NCBI GenBank assembly: GCA_965215195.1
Contig: CBDCDC010000002.1
Location: 576,001-640,000 of the forward strand
DNA: 64,000 nt
Origin: Candidatus Latescibacterota bacterium
Lineage (GTDB): Bacteria > Latescibacterota > UBA2968 > UBA8231
Direction of reading: 5' to 3'
Numbering within the stretch: the stretch's first letter is position 1; every line of letters begins with the position of its first letter. A program made the translations under genes and the position numbers. This document shows, in pieces, positions 57,277 through 64,000 of the stretch. The notes beneath the pieces are model-generated. The model had not been told where the DNA came from. It ran no database searches and saw only the letters and a program-made list of their open reading frames with translations.

Positions 57277-58011
57277 ATGCGATACCAGCGAGTCCTGCTC
57301 AAGCTGAGCGGGGAAGCCATCTCCGGCCCGCACGACGTGGGCTTCGACCCCGAATCCCTAGAGCACATTGCCGACGAAGTCCTCAACTTGCACACCTGTG
57401 GGGTCGAAATATCCATCGTCATTGGCGGTGGCAATATATTCCGCGGCACACTCGCCAGTCAGTGGGGCATTGAACGGGCCGAAGCCGACAACATCGGCAC
57501 GATGGGGACGGTGATCAACAGCCTGATGCTGCGCGGGGTCCTCACCTCTAAGTCCAATGTCGAAGTCCGGGTGATGAGCGCCATTCCCATCAACACGGTA
57601 GCCGAGCCTTTTATTCGGCTGCGCGCGATCCACCACCTAGAGAAGCACTACATCGTCATCTTTGCCGCCGGCATTGGCAATCCGTACGTCACTACGGACT
57701 ACACCGCAGCCCAGCGCGCCATTGAGACGCGGTCCCAAGCCCTGCTTTTCGCCAAGAATCGAGTCGGCGGCATCTTTACCTCCGACCCCCACGCCGATCC
57801 CCAAGCGAGGCTGTACCGGCGGATGCACTACAACACGATTATCCAAAAAAATCTCACCATCGTCGATCAATCCTCGGTCTTGTTGGCGCGCGATCACAAG
57901 ATGCCCATGCACTTTTTTGACTTCTCTGACAAGGGAACTATCTTGCGCATCTGCCGCGGCCAAAACCCGGGCACCTTGGTGGCAGATGTGGATGAAGACA
58001 TCGTAGAATAG
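57277..58011 (+). CDS. pyrH: UMP kinase
   Basis: RVLLKLSGEA, GGGNIFRG, GNPYVTTD. Confidence 0.93.
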   Translation: MRYQRVLLKLSGEAISGPHDVGFDPESLEHIADEVLNLHTCGVEISIVIGGGNIFRGTLASQWGIERAEADNIGTMGTVINSLMLRGVLTSKSNVEVRVMSAIPINTVAEPFIRLRAIHHLEKHYIVIFAAGIGNPYVTTDYTAAQRAIETRSQALLFAKNRVGGIFTSDPHADPQARLYRRMHYNTIIQKNLTIVDQSSVLLARDHKMPMHFFDFSDKGTILRICRGQNPGTLVADVDEDIVE

Positions 58012-58108
58012 CAAAAGGGCCGTCCCACTCTGGGGAACGGCCCTTTTGCATCTTAGCTCCTGCACTCAAAAAACAAAAGGGCTGGCCTAAAGCAGGCCGG
58101 CCCTTTTG
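58011..58108. terminator. Two tandem bidirectional terminators (58011-58049 and 58074-58108)
   Basis: Both are CAAAAGGGC...GGCCCTTTTG hairpins between convergent genes. Confidence 0.85.
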
Positions 58109-58130
58109 CATTCACCCTAAGGATGGAACT

Positions 58131-59060
58131 TTAGAATTGGTATGCAAAGGAGAACCGATGCGCCCCATTGGTCTCGGTCAAGTCCAAGCTGATGTCATAC
58201 GCATAGTCGAACACCAACTGGTTCCACTGATAGCCCAACCCCGCATTCAACCCCCCCCCCGCGTCCTCCGACACCAAACGACGCCCCCCCGCCCGCAGCA
58301 GCAACCCCTCCACCACCTGCGTCTCCCCACCGACGACCAACCCCTGATCCGAACCCTCCCCCGTCAAGTCCCGAACCACGTATTGCACCGACACCAACGA
58401 CTGACTGCTCAGCCGATAGCCCACCCCCACATGCACGTCCATCGGCAACGCACCCGCATCCGCGTCGCCAGCCACCTCGCCATACGCCACATTCGGCTGG
58501 TTGACATTCTTCAACAACACCCCCACCTGCGCCCCTGACACCGGACTCTGCCACAGCAACCCCAAATCCAAGCCCACGTTGCCCGCGCTCTGGTTCGACA
58601 GCGGATCGGGACCATTCACCGGATCATCGGGAATGGCTCCCACGCTCCAAAACAGATACTTGGCCGACACCCCCACCTGCAGCCGCCGCTGCACCTGATA
58701 CGACAGCGCCACAAACGCCCCGTTCTCGCTCATCAGCGACGAGCCAATCCGCTCATATCCCAAGCCCAAGCCCAGCCGGTCCCCCAAAGGCTGCGCATAG
58801 GACACCACGTGCTGACCCAAGTCGTCGCCTTCGATGCCCGCATATAAAAGCGACACATTGGTGTAGGCCACCTGCCGCTGCGCCACCTGACCCAACCCCG
58901 CCGGGTTGGCAAACACCGCATCCGCGTTGTCGGCCACCGCCACAAAGCTGTTGCCCAACCCCTGAGCACGCGCTCCCGAACCCACATTCTGAATGTTCAC
59001 GACCCCTTCGCTTGCTGTTGCCAGCAGGGCCGCGCATATAATGCTAATTGCAATTTTCAT
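58131..59060 (-). CDS. PorV/PorQ-like outer-membrane beta-barrel
   Basis: Signal peptide, GARAQGLGNSFVAVADNADAVFANPAGL, C-terminal HRFSFAYQF. Confidence 0.82.
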   Translation of the reverse strand: MKIAISIICAALLATASEGVVNIQNVGSGARAQGLGNSFVAVADNADAVFANPAGLGQVAQRQVAYTNVSLLYAGIEGDDLGQHVVSYAQPLGDRLGLGLGYERIGSSLMSENGAFVALSYQVQRRLQVGVSAKYLFWSVGAIPDDPVNGPDPLSNQSAGNVGLDLGLLWQSPVSGAQVGVLLKNVNQPNVAYGEVAGDADAGALPMDVHVGVGYRLSSQSLVSVQYVVRDLTGEGSDQGLVVGGETQVVEGLLLRAGGRRLVSEDAGGGLNAGLGYQWNQLVFDYAYDISLDLTETNGAHRFSFAYQF

Positions 59061-59249
59061 ACGCTTGCCTCCTCCATTTGGTGAGATGCGCTTGTACTGT
59101 GATTGCCATTTAGTATAAATATACAAACTAGTAACCGTCAACAAAAATAGTCCTGCTCGCGCCCCTGCCAATTCCTTGACCAATCAAGGCCGTATGGTCG
59201 TTATTATACGTTTTCTATGGAATTTATCTCCAAACTCACGAGGTGAACT

Positions 59250-59870
59250 TTGACCACTATTAAAGCGACCAATATCGTCCGGCACGAGGGCCATGTCAGC
59301 CGCGAGCAACGCGAAAGCCTGTTGCGCCAACAAGGGGTGTTGCTCTGGCTGACGGGCTTGCCGAGTTCCGGCAAAAGCACGATTGCCTATACGGTCGAAC
59401 ACGCCTTAGTTGCCCGCGGCCATTTGGCCTATGTGCTTGACGGCGATAACATCCGCTTTGGGCTCAACAAAAATTTGGGCTTTTCCCCGGACGACCGGGC
59501 GGAAAATATCCGGCGGATCGGCGAGGTGGGAAAGCTCTTTGTCGATGGGGGGTTTCTAACCCTCGCCAGCTTTGTCAGCCCCTATCGCGCCGACCGCGAC
59601 GGGGTGCGGGCTCTTATGGCAGCGGGCGATTTCGTCGAAATTTTCGTCAGCGCTCCGGTCGAAGTATGCGCCGAGCGCGACCCCAAGGGCCTCTACCAAA
59701 AGGCACGAGCCGGTGAAATACCCAATTTTACCGGGGTTTCAGACCCCTATGAGACCCCTGAAAAACCCGAGCTGGTCATCGAAACCGACGCAGTAACGCC
59801 CTCGGAGGCGGCCGCGCAGGTTATCGACCTCTTAGAGAAAATGGGCAAAATTCAACCCATACAGGCTTGA
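59250..59870 (+). CDS. cysC: Adenylyl-sulfate kinase
   Basis: WLTGLPSSGKST, LDGDNIR, RDPKGLY, FTGVSDPYE. Confidence 0.96.
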   Translation: MTTIKATNIVRHEGHVSREQRESLLRQQGVLLWLTGLPSSGKSTIAYTVEHALVARGHLAYVLDGDNIRFGLNKNLGFSPDDRAENIRRIGEVGKLFVDGGFLTLASFVSPYRADRDGVRALMAAGDFVEIFVSAPVEVCAERDPKGLYQKARAGEIPNFTGVSDPYETPEKPELVIETDAVTPSEAAAQVIDLLEKMGKIQPIQA

Positions 59871-59905
59871 ACAGACTATCCAGCCTATTCCTTCCGCCAT
59901 GTACT

Positions 59906-59930
59906 AGGGGATCGCTAGATCCCCTGTTTT
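59906..59930 (+). terminator. Hairpin/terminator after cysC
   Basis: AGGGGATC-GCTA-GATCCCCT-GTTTT. Confidence 0.6.
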
Positions 59931-59945
59931 GCGTTTGCGAGCGCG

Positions 59946-60980
59946 ATGCACAAGATGCTGAAACAAACTCTTCAGTACGGGCTGAGTTTGGGCTTGATGG
60001 GGCTTTTTGTCTATTGGGCCTTTGAGGGGATAAATCGCGGGGAACTCTGGGATGCCATGATCGGCATTCCGCCGGTTTGGGCCGCTGTTATGTGCATCGC
60101 AACGCTGGGGACCTTAGTATTGCGAGCTTGGCGCTGGATGGTCCTCATGCGTCCCTTGGCGCCGCAAGTGAGCAACCTCAACGCGTCGCTCGCCCTAGCT
60201 ATATGCTATGCGGCCAATGTGGTTGTGCCGCGCTCGGGCGAGGTCCTGCGGTGCGTCAGCCTCAAGTGGACCGCCGGGGCGAGCATCAGCGCCTTGATGG
60301 CTACGATAGTGGTAGAGCGCATTCTCGATCTGTTTTGGCTCACCGTCTTGTTCTGGCTCATCGTCTATATAGATATTGCCCTGCCCGTGCTTTGGATGCC
60401 GGTCGGCGCAGATCGGGACACCATTGGCCTACTGGCCCTAGCCGGCTGCTTGGTCGCGCTGAGTGCCTTGGTTTTGGTATCGGTTTATCGGGAAAAAATT
60501 TTGGCTCGAATGCGCCCGCTGCTGGCGCGGCTCGCTTGGGGACGCGGCGAGCGGCTCCTCAAAATCTTCGAGACCTTCATCGGTGGGCTTTCCGCCCTGC
60601 GGCAACAGCCGACCGCGTACTTTGAAATCCTCGTCAGCTCGATCCTGCTCAACACAGCCTACGTGTTCATTGTTTACGCGGCTTTTCTCGGCATGGGTTT
60701 GCACCAAACATACGACCTCGACGCAACAGCGGCGCTGGTAATCATGACCATATCGTCCATAGGAGTGATCATTCCGACGCCCGGGGCGATCGGCTCGTAT
60801 CACCTTTTCTTTGGCGAGGCCCTGCACCGCCTCTACGCGGTGCCCCTCCCCACCGCTTTGGCCTGCGCCACCTTGACCCATGCTTTGGCGAACCTGACCT
60901 ATGTCTTCCTCGGCGGCCCGGCTCTGCTGTGGCAATGGCATCGGAGCCGACGGGGTAGTTCAGAAGATCCACACGACTAG
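59946..60980 (+). CDS. Lysylphosphatidylglycerol synthase TM / flippase-like protein
   Basis: LRAWRW, NVVVPRSGEVLR, VVERILD, PTPGAIGSYH. Confidence 0.85.
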   Translation: MHKMLKQTLQYGLSLGLMGLFVYWAFEGINRGELWDAMIGIPPVWAAVMCIATLGTLVLRAWRWMVLMRPLAPQVSNLNASLALAICYAANVVVPRSGEVLRCVSLKWTAGASISALMATIVVERILDLFWLTVLFWLIVYIDIALPVLWMPVGADRDTIGLLALAGCLVALSALVLVSVYREKILARMRPLLARLAWGRGERLLKIFETFIGGLSALRQQPTAYFEILVSSILLNTAYVFIVYAAFLGMGLHQTYDLDATAALVIMTISSIGVIIPTPGAIGSYHLFFGEALHRLYAVPLPTALACATLTHALANLTYVFLGGPALLWQWHRSRRGSSEDPHD

Positions 60981-61802
60981 GGTCGATCCACCCACATAGC
61001 CGAAGGCCTCTATCAGCCCGGCCCCCACATTTGGCTGCTCCTCAACCTGTTCGGCACCCAAGCGCACACCGGGTGCCAAGAGCACATCGGTCAACTTGTG
61101 GATGGCGTAGAGCGCGACAAAACCAAAGACCACATCTACGCCAAAGGTTTGGAGGCCGATGAGCCACCCTGCGTAATCGCCGGCCACGGCGATGCTGACG
61201 ATATTGCCCATGCCCACCAGCACACCGCCAAACGCCAAGCCGACCGCGGCATTATCGCGCTCCAGTTCGCGGTGTATCGAATGCGGGGTAATCCACTCGT
61301 AGAGTAGCCCGGCCACTATCAGCACCACTTGCGCCAAAAGCCAGAAGGCCACGCCGCTCCACAGCGGCCCCTCGCCCTGTATGATTGCGAGGACGATTAG
61401 ACCATTGGCGATGTGCATCCCCGCCTCGACAAAGGCCGTCCCCATATTCCGATCTTCGATGACCTCTTTGCGATTGTCAAAGTGGGGCAGGAGCACCCGC
61501 TCGCAGAGAACGCCGGCGACCAGCATCAAGACAATCGCCAAAAGGCCGTACTGGGCGATGCCGATCAGATCGGCTTGCCAGCCGAGCGAAGGGCCGCTCA
61601 ACGCCGCACCCAATGCCAAGCAGATGCCCAAGCAATAACCGCCCACCGCAACGGCCAGCGCGTGGTTGTTGCGGCCGTAGAGCTCGTCCTTGAGATTGAC
61701 CCGGCGAAAAATTCGCGCATAGACCTGCTTGGCGACAAAGAGCAGGACGAAAGCCTCTAAGAGATAGACTACGGTCTGGGCCATCTGCACTATATTGTCC
61801 AC
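60960..61802 (-). CDS. DUF350 membrane protein
   Basis: Repeated ELYGRNNHALAV / EVIEDRNMGTA / ELERDNAAVG; GTG start after GGGGG. Confidence 0.82.
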   Translation of the reverse strand: MDNIVQMAQTVVYLLEAFVLLFVAKQVYARIFRRVNLKDELYGRNNHALAVAVGGYCLGICLALGAALSGPSLGWQADLIGIAQYGLLAIVLMLVAGVLCERVLLPHFDNRKEVIEDRNMGTAFVEAGMHIANGLIVLAIIQGEGPLWSGVAFWLLAQVVLIVAGLLYEWITPHSIHRELERDNAAVGLAFGGVLVGMGNIVSIAVAGDYAGWLIGLQTFGVDVVFGFVALYAIHKLTDVLLAPGVRLGAEQVEEQPNVGAGLIEAFGYVGGSTLVVWIF

Positions 61803-61812
61803 TGCGTTCCCC

Positions 61813-62520
61813 CTATTTTCCAGAGCGCGAGGCACCGCGTCCCCACCCGGAGGTGGTGCGGCCCATGCGGTTTTTGACTTGGCCACTAAAGGCTTGGCGG
61901 CGGCTTTGCTGACGCTGGTAGAATTGCGGTCGCGTCTTTTGGGTTTGCGAGCCGCGCGACCCAAAGGTGGGCCGCCCCCCTTGCACCGGCCCGTAGTACG
62001 GGCGGCCCCGTTCCCGGTTGCGGCGGTAGTCCTCCCAATCGCCGCGGCCAACCCTCCACCCTCCCATTAAATCGCGCATCAGCGCATATTGGCCGTAGAA
62101 TTGCCAAAACCCGCCGGCTCCCCAAAACCCGTACTGAGGATTGCCAACGTACTGATAGCCGGGCGGGTGCGCTTGGTTGGCACCGGTGCGGCGGCCGTCC
62201 AGCGACTTGGAGGCCACCACCATGCCGACGTAGTTGTCGTAGCGGTAAAAGGTTTCTTCGCTGACTTCCATCCAATCGGTGCGGCGCTCCTGATAGGCGA
62301 TGGTATCGCGCCCGGCCACGCGCTGTCCCGCAGCGGTCAACACCTGAAAGCGGAGGAAGTAGTCGGGGAAAAACGAGCGATCTTCGATGCGGGTATCATC
62401 GACGATCAGCGAGTACTCAGGATAGCGCTCGAGGTCGCGTATCAGCTTTTGCACCGGGTCTTTGGAACCCCCACAGGCCGCGAGTGCCAATAGGGCTAGT
62501 GAGGCCATGCGGCGAAGCAT
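61813..62520 (-). CDS. Lipoprotein with Gly/Arg-rich tail
   Basis: Lipobox LAAC, PPGYQYVGNPQYG, FWQFYGQYA. Confidence 0.78.
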   Translation of the reverse strand: MLRRMASLALLALAACGGSKDPVQKLIRDLERYPEYSLIVDDTRIEDRSFFPDYFLRFQVLTAAGQRVAGRDTIAYQERRTDWMEVSEETFYRYDNYVGMVVASKSLDGRRTGANQAHPPGYQYVGNPQYGFWGAGGFWQFYGQYALMRDLMGGWRVGRGDWEDYRRNRERGRPYYGPVQGGRPTFGSRGSQTQKTRPQFYQRQQSRRQAFSGQVKNRMGRTTSGWGRGASRSGK

Positions 62521-62521
62521 G

Positions 62522-63070
62522 TCAGGCGCCCTCCTCCACCGGCAGGATGTCGGTGAATTGGTATTCCTCTACCTCCAAGCCGGCGTACGCGGCAAAGTCG
62601 CGCTCGCCCCATTGGCTGATGAAGAGCACCTTGCCTTCTTTTCCTTCAAACGACCAATTGACAAATTCGCGCTCCGCATCGGTGCCGTCTTTGCGGTATA
62701 GACCAGCCTCGCCCGTGCTCCCCACGTATTCATCGCCCGCAAAATGCACGACTTCAGGCGGGTCGCCGTCGGCGATAATGGCCGCCGCAATATCGCCCTC
62801 GATCTCGTCGATACCAATAGCCCGCGTCAAGGTCCAATAGGCTTGGCCGTCTTCTACAGCGCGCTCGAGAAAATTTATCTCTTCACCGGCCCGCAGCTCC
62901 CACTCCTCGGTCACATAGCCATCGTAATCATAGGTTCCATAGCCTGTGACTTGCCAAGTTTTGAGGTCGTAATCGACCAAGAACCCCACTTTCATGGTGC
63001 TGAGCGAGTACTCCGCATACACCTGTTCCTCTTCGCTTGGGCGACCGCCGAACCACTTTTTAAGCCCCAT
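62522..63070 (-). CDS. DUF4178 protein
   Basis: MGLKKWFG, VGFLVDYDLKTWQV, EWEL; typical neighbour of DUF350/speE. Confidence 0.75.
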   Translation of the reverse strand: MGLKKWFGGRPSEEEQVYAEYSLSTMKVGFLVDYDLKTWQVTGYGTYDYDGYVTEEWELRAGEEINFLERAVEDGQAYWTLTRAIGIDEIEGDIAAAIIADGDPPEVVHFAGDEYVGSTGEAGLYRKDGTDAEREFVNWSFEGKEGKVLFISQWGERDFAAYAGLEVEEYQFTDILPVEEGA

Positions 63071-63082
63071 TTCGTCTTCCTT

Positions 63083-64000
63083 TCAAAACTGAGTACCCCA
63101 ACCCCGTCGATAATAACGCGCCAGCACCGGCCTATCAAGTCGGTTGGCCTGCACGGGCAAGCGGGCCATATCGCCGTCGAAAACCGCGAGGGCATCCCAG
63201 ACTTGGGCGTCAATATAGCGCGTGGGAACCACAAAGGCGACTGCCGTCGGATCTAGCCCGGCGGATCCAGCCAAGTGGAACCCCCACTCGCCAAAGGAAG
63301 GAACGTGCAAGTGGTAGGAGTGGACGGCAAAGCCCGCTTCCTCCAAGGCCGCGGCAATGCTCCAGTACGCTTTGCGGGCGTGGTATGGGCTAGAAGCCTG
63401 GGTCGCTAAGACGCCTCGCGGGCTGAGCAACTTGCGGCACAGCCTATAAGCCTCAACCGAATAGAGCTTGGCCAAGCTCTCCTCGCGGGGATCGGGCAAG
63501 TCGATTAATATCGCGCCATACGGCACGTGCTCGCGCTGCAAAAAGACAAAGCCGTCTTCGTTGACCACGCGCACTTGGCGGCGATTTAAGGCGTTGTCGT
63601 TGAGCCGAGTCAGGTGGATGTTGCGCCGGGCCAACCGGGTCACCGCCGGGTCGAGATCGACTAAATCGACGTGTTGGACCTCCTCGTATTTTAGCACTTC
63701 CCGCGCCGTCAGCCCGTCCCCTCCCCCGATGATGAGCACCCTTTCGCGGGAGGGGGCCAACGCCATGGCTGGATGCACTAGGGCTTCGTGGTAGCGGTGC
63801 TCGTCTATAGAGGCGAATTGCAAGTGCCCGTTGAGATAGAGCCGCAGGTGTTCGTCGCGCCGGGTTAGGACGATTTGCTGGTAGGCCGATTGCTCGCTGT
63901 GGACGATGCGGTCTTCGTAGAGGTCGCTTTCCCACCGCGCCCGCAGCCCCTCCCCCTGCCAAACCAACGCCCCGAGCGCCGCAATAACCGCCAGCGCTTG
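63083..64000 (-). CDS. speE: Membrane-fused polyamine aminopropyltransferase (5' end outside the window)
   Basis: QSAYQQI, DEHRYHEALVHP, IIGGGDG, VDLDP, IDLPDP, VPSFGEWGF. Confidence 0.9.
   Translation of the reverse strand, partial: QALAVIAALGALVWQGEGLRARWESDLYEDRIVHSEQSAYQQIVLTRRDEHLRLYLNGHLQFASIDEHRYHEALVHPAMALAPSRERVLIIGGGDGLTAREVLKYEEVQHVDLVDLDPAVTRLARRNIHLTRLNDNALNRRQVRVVNEDGFVFLQREHVPYGAILIDLPDPREESLAKLYSVEAYRLCRKLLSPRGVLATQASSPYHARKAYWSIAAALEEAGFAVHSYHLHVPSFGEWGFHLAGSAGLDPTAVAFVVPTRYIDAQVWDALAVFDGDMARLPVQANRLDRPVLARYYRRGWGTQF

Noticed and set aside
59108-59142. TTATACTAAAT resembling a XerD arm
   Set aside because: Better explained as the TTGACG...TATACT promoter of the PorV-like gene; no left arm.
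18-63962. Numerous antisense and alternate-frame ORFs in the track
   Set aside because: Expected shadow ORFs of high-GC coding DNA that overlap well-supported genes.

Overview
High-GC (about 60%) bacterial chromosome segment made mostly of housekeeping genes: valS, rqcH/NFACT, miaA, der, rimP-nusA-infB-rbfA-truB-rpsO-pnp, asnS, leuS, mutL, hprK, rsgA, two prs copies, apt, thrC, ychF, hup, mreBC, purB, pyrH, cysC and 4 tRNAs. Accessory loci are two plant-type LRR lipoproteins, vapBC, a TPAT/TRAP transporter, McrBC and a DUF350/DUF4178/speE cluster. A PorV-like barrel, a Bacteroidota-type bS22 and eukaryote-like LRR lipoproteins suggest an FCB-group, possibly host-associated organism (inference only). 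The main unexplained structure is at about 25.4-29.2 kb. Gene orientation, G/C skew and GGGNAGGG octamers all flip there, which points to the replication terminus. At that point a lone Xer-like tyrosine recombinase sits next to a perfect 15-6-15 bp palindrome that overlaps its promoter. Five dispersed 28-bp dif-like sites (11-6-11, ATAA-N6-[T/A]TATGT[A/C]AA) surround it, and their orientation flips across the locus. Other oddities: rimP has no canonical start codon, one prs paralog is catalytically degenerate, a plant-type thrC/CGS pair, a stand-alone riboflavin kinase, and an McrB with an unusual N-terminal domain. All calls were made by eye from motifs; no database searches were run.
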